DNA from: Chiloscyllium plagiosum
Taxonomy: Eukaryota
Reading direction: 5' to 3'
DNA: 64,000 bases
Assembly: GCF_004010195.1 (NCBI RefSeq)
Contig: NC_057718.1
Location: 53,915,605 to 53,979,604, forward strand
The translations under genes and the position numbers were made by a program. This document shows positions 22,172 through 36,372 of the stretch, piece by piece (position 1 is the stretch's first letter; each line of letters begins with the position of its first letter). A model generated the notes under the pieces. It was given only the letters and a program-made list of their open reading frames with translations, searched no databases and had not been told where the DNA came from.

Positions 22172-22713
22172 TACTTAAAATTAGTGTAAAGAGGAAACAA
22201 GCAACCTTTGAACATTTTTCAGTGTTAAAGGGGGAATCTTTGAATAAGGTAGCAATTACATTACTGTTTGTGTTATGCAACTGGAAAGAGTACAGAGCTG
22301 AAGACATGAAGTTCCAGTGCTGCTGACTCAATGCTGCCAGAGCCCACTAGGCTGCTCGGATAGGTCAAGAAAGATGCTTCTGGGGATTCTGTCCCATCAG
22401 GAGTGTCATGACCTGAGTGAGAGAGGATACATGAACCTTGTCGATGCACCTAGTCAATGTTAACCACGTCCAAGGACATCCAATGGAACACGGCTGCTGG
22501 TGAATGTGACTCAAGGGCTGATATAATTGAGTGGAAAGAAAGTAATCCTTCTCTGTAAAGGCCAAGTTGGAAATACTGATAGACTGTATATGATGTCAAA
22601 TAGAACTCCCTCTAATTATCTGTTCTTGTTATACCAATTATTTAAAGTTTACTACTTATTTGAAATATCCTCCAGTTCTTAATTAATATTTGAATTGTTT
22701 TGCTTTTAGTTAG

Positions 22714-22772
22714 TTGAAACTTTATTGCTGGAACAGCACAGCAGGTCAGGCAGCATCGTAGGTTTGTAGTAG
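22714..22772 (-). mobile_element. 59-bp Penelope pLTR micro-insertion
   Basis: tgctggaacagcacagcaggtcaggcagcatc between 15-bp direct repeats tttgcttttagttag (22699-22713, 22773-22787). Confidence 0.8.
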
Positions 22773-23242
22773 TTTGCTTTTAGTTAGCTACAGTTAATTA
22801 TAAAATTGAAAGTTTGTACATCAGTTTTATTTCTATTATATCTGTGGGAATTTCTTTCTTTTAACAGTTATTGGGCTCTACATGAAACATGACACCATCC
22901 ATCATCAGTATTATCTTTTGTTGGGTAGGAAAGCTACGCATGTTCTTGCTCTAGATGCGAATAGTCCCACATCCTGAAACAGACTATGTTGCAGTTGTTG
23001 CCATGTGACAGCTACACTCCTGTGAGTGAATAGCAACAGGCCTTATTGAACGTAACTATAAACAAAGAATGGTAAGTGAGGGCATCTTATCTGGAGATGT
23101 GGGCTCCAGTTCCATGTGATCTAATGTCACTATGGCACTGCTGCGTTTGCACATTCTCAATAAAAATACTGTAGGGATCACACTCCAAGGATTCTACGAT
23201 TCTACTATATTTACAAAAAAGGTACAATTCCTACCTTAAAAT

Positions 23243-23601
23243 GATGTGGAGCTGCCAGTTTTGGACTGGGGTGGACAATGTCAAACATCACACAACACTG
23301 GATTATAGTCCAACAGGTTATTAGAAACCACAAGCTTTTGGACCCCCATTCCTTCCTCAGGCAGCTAGTGAGAGAGACTTTATCAGACATAGAGTTTATC
23401 AGAACAAAGGTTCATACAACTTATGTGAATGTATTAAACAAACCTAGATGGCTATTATGTCTTTAATCAGGAGGAATGGAGATGCAGGTTTCGATTGATT
23501 AGTATGTGTCCAACATATACTCTCTCACTCGTTGCCTGAGGAAGGAGCCGGGCTCCAAAAGCTTGCAGTTTCAATTAAATCTGTTCGACCACAACCCCAT
23601 G
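23243..23601. mobile_element. Penelope-like element with inverted pLTR ends (family of 5222-5470)
   Basis: ccttcctcaggcagctagtgagagag (23351-) is mirrored by tctctcactcgttgcctgaggaagg (23521-); degenerate hammerhead ctgagga..ggagccgggctcc-aaaa-gctt; TSD tac(c/t)ttaaaat (23232-23242, 23602-23612). Confidence 0.75.
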
Positions 23602-25759
23602 TACTTTAAAATTATCATTGGCAAGTAGATTTGCCAAGGTCTATAGCAATGGGTCAGCTTGACTTTTTAGTTAGTGCTATCTCAACTACCTTTATATCTG
23701 AGGTACTTCAAAGACAACCATATCACAAAAAGATGAAAACTGGTCCAAGTTATTTTGGGGATAATGATAGAAATTGCAAAGATTTTGAAACAACAATGTA
23801 TTAAAGGCACAATGTAAACATTATAATAAAATATTCCAAAATTCCCAAATGTGCCTCCTTTTCTCATTCCAATTGGAAGCACAAGGAAATGAAAAGGTTC
23901 TACACAAATACTGTTCAACTGTTATTTAATATTCATGAAAGCACAAGGGTGCAAATGTTGCATGATTACAATTAGGAAAAATAACTTCCAAGTTTGTTTC
24001 AAGAGATGAGACCATTGGTGGTCTCAAAAAAAAATGCACATAAAAGTACGACTGCTGAGGAAAGACTGAAGATCACCAACTTACGTCCCACAAAATTATA
24101 GAAAACTAAAGACGAACCTCACAATTCAAAGTTCCATTTCTTAGTAGAAGGATTGCTGAATCTTTCCTCCATTTACGGACATCTACGTATGAAACATGGA
24201 TCAAAAAAAGTAATGTTCCTATAACCGACCCTGAGGAACCCCACTGTACGCATTCCTCCATTCTAATGAACAATTATTCTCCACCACTCTCACTCAGTCA
24301 ATGTTGTATTCTTACTACTCCAGTCACTTTTATTCCATAGGTTTCAAATTTGTGGACAAGCTTAACAATAAAATGTGAATAAATGCCTTAGTAAATGGTC
24401 AGTCTTAATCAATTTTATCTTTGAGTATTGATATTGGAAAGACAAAGGAAAATCATCAGGTACAGTTAAATGTATCACATTTTTTTCCAGATATAATGGG
24501 AGCTTTCAATACTTTAATGTCTACAGTGATTGCGTCAGTAAGCTAAGGATTACTAAAACAAGCATTACTAGATTGACAAAGAATTGAAGGCAAGCATGCA
24601 AGAAATAACATGGAACACCAATGAGAAAATTGCCATAAATCTCTTTGTGGCTTTTATGTGCAGTGTACATTTGTATATGAAGTGACAGCCTAATGAGAGA
24701 AGCCCTCCATTAAAAGTCCTCTTTTTAAAATTCATCAATACTTGTCCTGAATCATTTACATGAAGTAGTTCTCTACCACCTATGCAGTGAGTCACACTGC
24801 AGCTCGCCCATTCCAACATGAAAGTATTGCAGATTAGTGTGTCTTATTATACACAATAAGAGTCACAGTGCACTTAAAAGATTACTTCAGGGAGAATATG
24901 TAATATTCATGACTGCAAGCTGCCTTTGTTCTGTCATTCATGTAGTGTTGTAAACGGTAATGCCAGAGAAATTGAATTCAAATTAGTCAAGCAACGATCA
25001 ACACATATCTGAAAATCCATTTAATCTCATTATTTGAGCGTCTGTATTGTTTTTATTATAGTGTAGCACTTTTTATTAGCTCAAGAAAAAACTAATGTTC
25101 CTTTAACAATGAAAATATATAATGGTGTACCAATTTGATAACACTGTGGTTGTTTCAAAGATGCAAAATTGGCAGTTTAACAGTCAAAATGGCAGGTAAG
25201 GTGTACACATTAATTATGAGTGAGAAATAAATCACCCAACAAATAGAATTAGGCTGCAGAAGACTAATGTGCACAGTAGAACTATTAAAATCAATATTTA
25301 AAATATGTAAATAAGGATCCTACACTTATTAAATAAGGCCCTCTAAACCAAGAAGAGCACTATCACCACCTTTCCTGCAGACAAAGCAATGCAGCATGAG
25401 TGAATGACAATATATGCCCACATTTGCAAACTTCCTTAGAGTTCAATGTATCACAGACACCTACTGTCTTTTCTATCAGCAACCTGATTCTTTCTCAATT
25501 AAAATGGACTCCACTCTGCAATCCAGCCGGCTTGAGATCATGGAGGGCACATCATTCAGTGATGTGCCTGGATTCCTGGCAGTAATTATAAATCTTACAC
25601 CCGCCTCTGAGCCACTTTTATTCCAATAAGGTCACCTGGCTACGGGCTAGTTATTGGGCAAAAAGGATTATTTAGTTCATGATTTCTGTTAGTCACTCTC
25701 ACAGAGCCTTAGAGTTCAAAGATCATCGAAAAAGCTGCGCCATCACCAGAAATTTCCAC

Positions 25760-26360
25760 CATAATATGTAACTTTATAGATTCATTAATGCAGTAAAATG
25801 TCTCAAGGTGCTTCACAGGAGTATAACCAGGCACAGATTAATTGAGAGAAAGGAGAGATTTTACGACAACAAATATGATCAAAGAAATGGGTGTTAAGGA
25901 GAATCGAAAAGGAGAACTGAGATGTGGAGGGAGAGAATTCTATGGTTTATAGTTTCAACAGCTGAAGATATAGTTGCCTATTATAGAGCAAAGGAAGTGG
26001 GGATGACACAAGAGTTCAGAGTCGGAGGAGTACTTGCAAGATTGTGGAGCTGGTGAAGATTACTGAGATTGGAAGCAGCAAGACCTTGGAGGAAATTGAA
26101 AATGACAATGAATGTCAGTGAGCACAGAGATAATTACTGAATGGATTCTATGAATTAGGGTAACACATTAATTAGAACAGAGACAGTATTATTTTAGCTG
26201 TATTCAAGTTTATGGAAGCAGAACATAGGCTAGCAAAGTAGAGATGAGGATTATGGGAGTAGCTGATGCAGGAATAGAGATGGACAATCACTTGGAGTTG
26301 GAAGTAGCTAGTTTTTGCAATGAAATGATTATGGAATTGTGTTAAATATATGCTGCAGTT
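25760..26360 (-). mobile_element. Old L2-like LINE 3' fragment
   Basis: Minus strand ends tcctgtgaagcaccttgagacattttactgcattaa, an L2-type 3' terminus, with a purine-rich degraded body. Confidence 0.45.
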
Positions 26361-28502
26361 GCAATCAATCTGACTATCACCACCAATCGAATTTACAGCT
26401 TGTCTTCCTTTAACCCAGACTTGTTGGTGTTTCCCTCACTTCACAGTAGTTACAATAACCAACATCAATTTCAGAATGAAAAATAGATCTAACAAGGAAT
26501 CTTCAACAAAATCTCCCAAACTCAGAGCTCTGATTGTGTAGAAGAATAAGAATATCAACTGCTTGAGAACATTGTCACCTGGAAGTTTCCCTCCAATTTA
26601 TACATCATCCAGATTTGAAAATGTATCATCACTTCTTTATCCTCATTGAATGAATAGCACTGAAAGTGTAACTATATCACACAATTACAATAAATCAAAC
26701 TACTACCTGCGTAAAGGCAATTAGGAATGAACCACAGGTTCCAGGCTTGTCAACAACATGCTCATCCAATGAATCCAAAATAGAAAGGATGAATGTCCTC
26801 GGAGTGGCCTTGAGTCACATTCACGCAAGTGCTTGCTTGTTAGATATCCTGCACATACTCTAGGCAAGCCAACACTGGGGCTTATCATTGTGACATATTC
26901 TGAAGCCATGTCTGTGAACAAGTTTGATGCCTTGACACCTTTAAGGTAATAATGCAAACGTATCTTGACATCCATGAAATCATTTTACATAAAATTATTG
27001 AGGCCCTCTTGCCTGATCATTATCACACAATGGTACCAATACACTGTCTTTCAGTCTAGATTCATCGAGTCTTTTCTTCTCTTGGGCTATGAGAAAGCAA
27101 TATATCCAGGGCTAAATTTGCACTGTGCCTCACTATCAGGGCTGTAATGGCAAGCATTTAGAAGCAAGCATCGAATGTTAATGTTCAGAATATTGTGAAA
27201 ACCCATTCACCATTCTAACATTTCTCATTTATTAATGGAAAGCAATCCTAACAGCTTTACCCAGGAGTGGTCAAGCAGGATGCTGCTCATTATTTTTTGA
27301 TATGACATTTACACGTTCTCCTTTTAAAACTGTCCTCTGCAAAAGGTCATGACTTGTGTTTCTGTCACTAGAATGAAGTGTGGTGTTATTTCGCAAAATG
27401 CCATTCCTGCACAAAATGGTTAGATTTCAGCTGTTGGTATTGTCTCAGACACTAATAGTGACAAATCCAAGTACCATTAGCTGGTGTTCCTATGGCAACT
27501 ACTTCTTAATTCACTTCGTAACACTGGGTTTGATAAACATTCTAGGGTATCACTGTGGACTCTCTACAGCAAGACAAAATTATGTATTTCGCCTCACCTC
27601 TTCTAAATTGCAAGCACATAGTGAATTTACAGGTTTTTTGTTTGAGATTAGCAGGTACTCAATCTTTTCATTGGAGTCTAGAATGAGAGATTAGGCAATT
27701 TCAGCAGCAAAGAATATGTACTGTTACCCATTTAATGGAGGAACAGTAAGAGGAGCATCTTTTTTGCTACTGTGACAAGAAGCTACCAATAAATTAAAAA
27801 CTAGGTTAGCAAGACTGCATTTCAATTTTAAAAAATTACTGCATTCAAGAAAATACCAACATCGGAACCTTTTCTAAATATACCAAGCTGATAAATGAAG
27901 AAGATAAACCATTACTAAAAATAGAATTTTATGAAATTTATAACACAAATACAACTTGTTTACTTAAAATAAACTTTTTGCATTTTAGAGACCCAATGAC
28001 AAATAAATATATAATAAATTAAACAATAAACAGGTATGGTCGGGTTTTTTAAAAAATGCTGATCATCCATTGCAACTGCACATACAAGACTAGACTATGA
28101 AATACCTTGGTGGCCATCCTGTCTTCGAGTTTGAGTTGCGGCCTTGGTCTATGCAAATATTTGAAAACGGAAATGAGAATTTTGTTGTCAAATTCATGGC
28201 CGTCAATAAGCTGCTCAAGCTTAAAGAATTCAGAAGTGATAGAAGAGGACTTCAAGCCATTGAGAACAAAGTTTACAATATTCTGAATGAGCAGTCACTC
28301 ACAGAGGATATGAGTATGGATCTCCAAAAAAAGAACAATTTTGATTGTTAAAGACAGGCATTGTTGCTGTGTGGGAACTTTAAAAGCCACTTTGCTGCAC
28401 ATTAAGACTGCTGTTTGCAGCAGCGTCCCCAAAATAGCTTTGAGAAAAATGACCAGATAATCTGCTGCAGAGGTGGTTGAGATATGACTGCTCGTTTGGA
28501 TA

Positions 28503-29373
28503 TGTCATGAATGTTTCATATTTAATATTTTTGAGTAATTAAGTTTTTAAAAAAATGTGAAAACATTAATTTATGTAAAGTTCTGAGGAGACAATCTGGA
28601 TTTTTAAAGGTATTACTGAAAAGTCACTTTGAACAAGACATTTCCAAGAAAGCATGTCATTTCATGCAATTTTTTTGATTCTTTTCTGAGAAAACACATG
28701 ACTGAGTTTATGACTCTGAGAGTGTTAGTTTTTGTGATTTTTCTGTTGGTGGGAAAGCTTGCGAGGAAAAAGCATGTCCAAATCATTTCTTTGTCTTTCT
28801 GTGATAACTTAGATGTGAGCTCAGAGTGAAACCTGATTGTCTCCTTAAAGAGCATTTGAATGACTTCTTTATGTTTATTTCCTGAGCAAGCTGCATATGT
28901 CAGATCCCAGAGACAACTGCACATGTCTCATGACATTTATGTATTGTTGATTGCCAGGTTAACAACCATCTGAACATTCCACACCATGTCCTTTTTGTTA
29001 TTCAAGAACTAACTATGAATGACCAAGAGCGTTTTCTTCTCCAAAATGAACTTTTGTGAAGAGAAATAAGTTCATCTTTCCCTCTTTCCCTTTTGTGCGC
29101 ATGTTTTGCATTAATTAGAGAATAAAACATTTATACATTTTTATTACAAACTGTAGCCATTAGCCAATTTTCATTAAATCAATTTTGTTTCATAATAAAT
29201 AAATGATATTATGCTTATTAGAAAAACAACAGTGGATGGATTTTACTATTTTAAGTTTGATATAGAAAAAAATATATAATTGGCCATATCGGAACTGGGC
29301 AAAATTATATTGCAAGTCAAGGAATAGTGAGACTAGAGGGAGACAATGCTACCCTCCCATGTTGGTCATAATA
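28503..29373 (+). mobile_element. Possible degraded solo LTR
   Basis: Starts tgtcatga and ends ccctcccatgttggtcataata, similar to the end of 38171-38963. No clean TSD found. Confidence 0.4.
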
Positions 29374-30297
29374 GCCCACATAAGAGATCCTTTGCTCTGA
29401 ATGCTATGGAATGGTTTGGGTGATGTGAGAGGGCAGACAGTAACTCTGTTTAACATCTGATCTGAAAACCATCACTTGCAAAAAAGCAGTAAACATCTGC
29501 CAGGTTTGCAGCTGGAATGAAATGGAATGTTTGATTCATAACCCACGAACTCAGAGTCAGAAAAGAAATGAGCCCTGAATTGTAATTTCAGGAAAGCTGA
29601 TTCAGGGCAGAAAGAATGAAGATGCCACTGTCACTAACATGTAAATAGCCACCAGTCTATTTCCAAACCCAGTAGCAATTGAAACCATAGATCCTTTTGT
29701 GTAAATGATCTAAGAAAACCTAGGATTTCTAAGATATATTGTTTTAAAGGGATATTTTATGGACTTGACTGTGTGTCTGATAAACCATAGACTTTTAAGG
29801 TCACTGAAAATATCTTACCCTTTGCATTTCTATTTTCTATTTCTGCAAAGAAATTTAGTATATTTTTAAGGCAATCATATCTAACAGAATAAAGAATACG
29901 TCATTAGAGGATATTACTTGTTTGATTGCAGAATTGTAAATGTGGAAGTAATGTTTTAGCACAATCAAACTATCCCTTAAGCAATCTTTGCCATTTTATG
30001 TTTTTAGTGCATGTTGCTTATTTTTGTAACACTGCAAACATTCTAAAGAAAACCTGACAGTATATTTTGCTAGATGAAACACAAACTCTGGTCAAAGGAT
30101 TAAATTATTTTTAAAGCATATCCAATATACACCATGTCTACAATGATTTATGACTTGTTGTTTTAGGAGACATATCTTGTATAGTATTTCTTCTGTTATT
30201 GAGGAAGAACCATAGGTCATCAGCTTTAAAGGACGTAATGATATATCAGAATATCACAAAGAAAGGATTCAGAGTTGTGAAGTACTTTGAGTAGAAC

Positions 30298-30628
30298 AGC
30301 ATGGTGGCTCATTGGTTAGCAATGCAGCCTCACAGGACCAGGGACCTGGGTTTGATTTCAACCTCAGGCGACTGTCTGTGTCATATTTGGACATTCTCCC
30401 TATATCTGTGTTGGCTTCCTCTGGGTGCTCTGGTTTTCTTCCACAGTCTAAAGGTGTGCAGATTAGGTGGTTTGGTCATGCTCAATTACCCATCGTGTCC
30501 AGGGATTTGCAGGCTACATGGATTACCTGTGGAATATGCAGAGTTAAATGATAAGGTGTGGATCTGGGTGGAATGTTGTTTGGAGGGGCAGTGTAGATGC
30601 CCTGATTCCACACTGTAGAGATTCTGAT
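30298..30628 (+). mobile_element. HE1-like SINE, diverged
   Basis: catggtggctcattggttagc...gggtttgatttc...ttccacactgtagagattct. Confidence 0.8.
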
Positions 30629-31219
30629 TGATTCAGAGAATATTATGAACAAAGAGTATTATCCGGATGCTAAGAGCCACTCTGAACACAACATCACACA
30701 TTGGGAGTAAATTTCACTTTGGTATATAGTGTAAAACATGCAGTATTGAATCAACCATTCATTACACACCCTACCTGATGTTTCTTTTCATTAGCCAACA
30801 ACAAGAAAAAGTGGAAAGCAATGTCTAACAGTGAGCCAGCCCAAAGATTGTGTATTTTTGCACCAACTCCTCCAAGTTAAATTAACCCTCTCAACTCTGA
30901 ACTCTTAAAATGTTATCAACCCATAATTTGAACCCTACAACAAAAAGAAAACTGAAGCGAGAAAAGGTCAAGCAGAATTCGAGATGGCCAAAGGACTGGA
31001 ATACTTTCTGAACTCAATGAAATGAAACTAAAATGAAATCAAATTTATCCCCGCAGGGGACAGAAAGCATTTCAGTAGTAAAATGAATACTACTAAAATC
31101 TGGGAAACTTTAAATTCTCTACATGAGCCTGCTGTGGAGTGCTAGCAGATGAAAGCTGATACCCTGTCAAAAAGGAAGATTTTAGGGCATGTGACTAAAA
31201 GTTTTGCCAAAGAAGTAAA

Positions 31220-32075
31220 AACAAAGAACATTGCAGCAGAGGAACAGGCTCTTTGGCCTACCTAGGTTGTGTTAACATATGGTGCCATTAAAAATCTTTT
31301 GCCTCCACATAGTCTGTATCCCTCAATTCCTTGTCTATCCACGTATCTATCAAGATGCCTCTTAAAAATTGCTGTTGTATCTGCCTCTACCACCTCCTCC
31401 AGTGGAAGATTCCGGGCAATTACCACCTTCTGCGCAAAAAATTTGCCTCTTGCATCTCCTTTAAAATTTCCCCCTTTTACCTTAAACCAATGTCCTCTAA
31501 TAATTGATATTTCTACCCTGGGAAGAAGAGTCCAACTATCCATAACTCTTATTATTTTGGAAACTACTATCTTTCAGCCTCAACAATTCAAGTGAAATCA
31601 AATTAATAAATCATGAATCAACAAATCAAGCCAATTCATCAAATCTCTCCTCATAGCTAATATCGTCCAAACCAGGCAGAATCGTAGTAAATCATTTTTG
31701 TACCCTCTCCAAAGCCTCCTTCTGGTAGTGTGGTGACCAGAACTGTACGTAATATTCCAAATGTGGCGAACAAAAGTTTTATACAGCTGCCATATGATTT
31801 GCCAATTTTTATCCTCTCTATCCCAGCCGATGAAAGCGAGCATGACGTGCTTTCTTGACCACCTTCTCCACTTGTGTTGCCACTGTCAGGGAACTGTGGT
31901 CCTGAATGCCTAGATCTCTCCATATGTCAAAGTTTCATAGGGTTCTGCCATTTAATGTATACTTCTCTCCTGCATTAGACCTTCCAAAATGCATCACCTC
32001 ACATTTCTCTGGATTAGATTTCTCCAAATCTGCAGTCTATCTATATCTTGCTGTATCCTCTGACAATTCTCACAA
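31220..32075 (-). mobile_element. CR1 LINE 3' fragment
   Basis: ORF 31262-31543 RGHWFKVKGGNFKGDARGKFFAQKVV...LPLEEVVEA...FKRHLDRY. Confidence 0.88.
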
Positions 32076-33994
32076 GTTTAGTAAAGTAGTTAAAACAGGA
32101 GAGTGATGGACAGCTTTAAGGATGGACTTAGAGATTTTGGAGCCTAAATAGCAGAAGGCACCTTTACCCCAAAGAAAATGGTTGTCAGATCACATGGAAT
32201 TGAAGCCTGGCTCTGTAAAGCTCTAGGTAAGATATCCTCACTTCATTACCATATACAAAGGATACTTCCAATTTTAGCTGCTGTTAAGAAGAGTGTAGGT
32301 ATCATACTACTACATGGTGACAGTGGTGACCAGACCCATGGAATTGGTGGCAAGTGGCAGTAAGAGACTAAAGTGAAGCCCAGTCACTATACAATGTTTT
32401 GAGTAAAGCACAAGAACTGCCCAAAGTGATGTGAACAAAATGGTGGGGAAAACACCTGAAGAGAAAGTTACTGGCAGTAGAGACAAAATAGAGACAGGTT
32501 TCAAGGTTCATCGAAGTCTCAAAAGAGAAGGTCTCTTCTAACCATTCTCCAACACCCTGCCAGGAATGTTGGTGTGATTCTTTTAATTTGTTCATGGGAT
32601 GTGCACATCGCTGTCTGTGCACATACCGAATTTCCCTTGAGAAATTGGTAGGGAGTTGCCATCATGACCTGCTGCAATCTTTGGGGTATAGGTACATCCA
32701 CTGTGCTGATTGAAGGGAGTTCAAGATATTGATCTAGTGACAGTAAAAGAGTGGCAAGATAATTCCAAGGCAGGATGGTGTGTGACTTGGAGAGAAACTT
32801 GCAGGTGATGTTGTTCCCATACATCTGATGCTCATGTCATTCTAAAAGGCACAGTTCCCAGGTTTGGAAGGTGTTGTCCAAGGACCATCGATAACTTTGT
32901 GCAGTGTACTTTTTATATGATGTGCAATGCTATTACTGTGAGTGGGTGGTGAGGGGGTGAGTATATAGAAAATGGTTGAGGTTTCGACCTGCAGCCATCT
33001 GGTAAATGAGGAGTATTCCTATTTGTTGCTAACATGTCCCTTGCAGATGGTGATCAGGTTTTGAAGATTTTAAAAGCGAGTTACTCTCTGCAGAATTCCT
33101 AATGTCTGATGCGTTCTTGCAGTCATTGCATTTATGTGGCTAGTCAATTGATACCCCAAGATTTTGAAATTGCAGGATTCAGCTATGGCAATGATATTTA
33201 ATTTCAAGGGATAACGATTATATTCTCTCCTGTTGGTGATGGTCATTGCCTGTCACTTGAATGGTGTAAACGTTTCCTGCCACTTATCAACCCAAGCCTG
33301 ATGTTGTCCAGACCTTGCTGCATGTGAGCATGAACTGTTTCATGATTTGAGGAGTACTGTGAATGGTGCTGAACATTGTGCAATCAGCAGTGAACATCCC
33401 ACTTTTCACCTTACGATGGGCCTAGGTCACTACCCTAAGGAACTCGTGCAGAACTGTACAGGATATTTGACTATCCCTGAACAATGATTCTGCATGTGAC
33501 TCTAAATAATGAAGAGTTTCCCCCAGATTCCTGTTGATCAGTTTTTTTTAAGGAGGCTTTGATGCCATAGTTATCCATATGCTGCCCATATGTCAAGGGC
33601 AGTCACTCTCACTTCTGTTCAACTCTTTTGTCTATATTTGGACCAAGGCTGTAATGAGGTCAGGAGATGACTGGCTATGGTTCTGCCTCTGCTGAGGGTC
33701 AATGAGCAGGTTAATACTCAATAAGTTTTGTTTCATACTGAACCTTTCCATCACTTTGCTGGTAATGGAATAATCCCTAAAAAGGTGGTAATTGGCCAGG
33801 TTGAATGCATCTTATTTTTATCAATGAGTCATACTTGGGCAATTTTACATCGGCTTTGTTCTACTGCACTGATATGCTGGGCTCCCCCATCAATGAAGTT
33901 GGGGAATGATTGTGCAGTCTCTTCCTTGCATTTGTTGTTTAATTGTCCACTACCATTGACCGCTAGAGACTGCAGAACTTCAGAGCTTAAGGCA

Positions 33995-34500
33995 CTTAGA
34001 GTCACAGTGTCATACAGCATGGAAACAGACCATCCAGTCCAACTAGTCCACACCAGCGAGGCTCCCAAACTAAACTCGTCCCACCTGGCTGCATTTGACT
34101 CACATCCCCACATCCCACCTTCCCTGTGTCTTCTAAATGTTGTAACGTCCACCACTTACTCTGGCAGTTTATTCCACACACAAGCCACTCGCTGTGTAAA
34201 ATAGTTGCCCCTCATGTCCTTTTTAAATCTTATGCCTCTCATCTTAAAAATATGTTGAGTAGTTTTGAATTTGCCCACCTCAGGGAAAAGATCTTTGCTA
34301 TCCCTCATGATTTTAAAAACTTCTATAAGGTCACTCATCAGCCTCCTCCTCCAGGGAAAAAAGGTGCCAGCCAATCCAGCCTCTCCTTGTAACTCAAGCC
34401 CACTGTTCCCAGCAACATCCTGGTAGATCTCATTCCAAACCTTCTCCAGTTTGACAATATCCTTCCTATAACAAGGTGAACAGAACTGCAGACAATCCAT
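33995..34500 (-). mobile_element. CR1 LINE 3' end
   Basis: ORF 34156-34500 RRRLMSDLIEVFKIM...RFKKDMRGNYFTQRVACVWNKLPE. Confidence 0.88.
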
Positions 34501-34599
34501 AAGAGTTTTCAGGAGTGCCTTGCTGTAAATCTACAATAGTGAGTGGATTCATTCTTGATTATATGTTTTTATTGGGATCTGTCTCTTGATTAAATTTTT

Positions 34600-35345
34600 A
34601 AAATAAGTTAACCTGGAGCAGTGTATTGTAGAGCAATATGACGGTGTTATTTTATGGGTCTGTAGAGTGGAAGGAGCAAAATGGCCTTCAGTAGAATGAT
34701 ATGTTCTTCTTGTCGGATGTAGGAATTTCAGGAGAGTTTAAGGGTTACTGAGGATTATATCAGTAATAAATGTCGTTGGTTGCAAATCCTGTCTTATCGA
34801 ATGGATCAGTCGGAGCAACAGTGAGAGGCAATGAGGAATTTACAAGAGCTAGGGAGTGTGATGGATAACAGTTATAGGAAGGAAGAAAAGCCGCAGATAC
34901 AGTCACATAGATGGGTTAACTCTAAAAAAGGTAAGAGAGGTAGGTGAGTAGTACAGAGTGTTTTGTGACTATCCCCATTTCAAACAAGTATGCTGTTTTG
35001 GAAAATGTAGGGAGTGATGGACTCTCAGGGGACTGTAGCACAAACAGCCAAGTTTCTGGTATCAAGACAGGCTCTAATGTAAAGAGAAGCACACCAGGTT
35101 CCAAGTGATCAAGTGTGCTGGGGGACCCTCTAATCAGGAGCACAGACAGATGTTTCTGCGGCCAGCAATGAAAAGTCAGAACGGTGTGTTGCCTCCCTGG
35201 TGCCAGGATCAAGATTGTCTCAGAGAGAATGCAGAATGTTCTCAAAAGGGAGAGGGACCAGCAGGAGGTCATTGTACACATTGGTATCAATGACATAGGA
35301 AGGGAAAAGCATGAGATTCTGAAGGGAGAATATAGAGAGCTTAAG
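34600..35345 (+). pseudogene. CR1 ORF1 remnant (Cys-rich N-terminus and SGNH/GDSL esterase-like domain)
   Basis: ORF 35184 CCLPGARIKIVSERMQNVLKRERDQQEVIVHIGINDIGR matches the CR1 ORF1 esterase motif CLPGA...V.VH.GTND; upstream ICSSCRM; multiple stops. Confidence 0.85.
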
Positions 35346-36104
35346 TTTCCACTGTTTAGCATGCAAAACGTCCTGTGTTGTGACTTCACCATATTGACAC
35401 TTTGTTTCACTCTGCCTTGCAGAGCTCCTCACCCACCCACACTCTTTGTTGACCTAGATTTCAAAGGTAATGGTAGAAGGGGGTATATGATAGTTGTCAG
35501 GGTATAGAGGCTGGCTAAATATGTTTCTGCTGCAGCTGATGGCCTACAGTACCTCATGGATGTCCAGTTTAGTATTGCTCGATCTATTCAAAATCAATCC
35601 CATTTAGCATAGTGGTGGTACCACACAACACAATTAGACTTCCCTCAGTTTAAAGAGAGGACCTCATTTCCAGAAGAACTATGCAACAGTCACGCCTATC
35701 ACTGCCAGGCACTTCATACATCAGGTAGATTGTTGAGGAGGTGGTAAAACGACTGTCCTATAGGTTCCCTTACCACACGCCACAGATCCAGTTATCCAGT
35801 GAAGTCCTTTATGACTCACGTAGCACAGTCGAGAGTGATATGCCAAAGACACACTTGTTGATGGACAATGAAGTTCCCACCCAGAGTGCCTTCTGTGTCT
35901 TTACCACCTTCAGTGCTTCTTCCAATTGGAGGTCAGCAGGGAGCAGCACCAATCATCAGCCAAGGTGGGACAGTAGGTGGTAGTCAGCAGGAAGTTGTAT
36001 TTGCTGTTGTCATGTACAGAGTTTAGGTCAATGCCAAATGATGCCAAATGCCAAATTTCATTTCTTTCCTTAGACCACGTAACCATTTCACATGACTGAG
36101 TAAG

Positions 36105-36372
36105 CTGCTAGGTCATTTCAGAGCACAGTTAAAAGTCACATTAGCCAGACCAGATAAGCTCAGCAGATGCCTTCCCTAAAGGACATGAGTGAATGCGTTT
36201 TTGCAACAATCAGTGATTTCATGTTCACTATTAGACTAGCTTTTAATTGCAGATCTTATAAATTGAAATTAAATTTCAGCAGCTGCCATTTGAACGTGTG
36301 CCTCCAGAACATCAGCCTGTGCTCTGCATTACTCATCCAATGACAATACCATTGTACCACTGCTTCCTCCTA
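36105..36372 (-). mobile_element. Second tRNA-derived SINE family, degraded copy
   Basis: cagttaaaagtcaca...ccagaccag...ccttccctaaaggacat matches 8008-8318. Confidence 0.7.

Larger units (their letters stand above)
32580..36010 (-). mobile_element. Degraded LINE of the family at 2464-3985, split by CR1 insertions (pieces ~32580-33860 and ~35480-36010)
   Basis: Minus strand has gggatgttcactgctgattgc (GMF..DC) near 33380-33400 and gtgactgcccttgacata (VTALDI) near 33590-33606; same 3' tail at 32580-32640. Confidence 0.65.
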
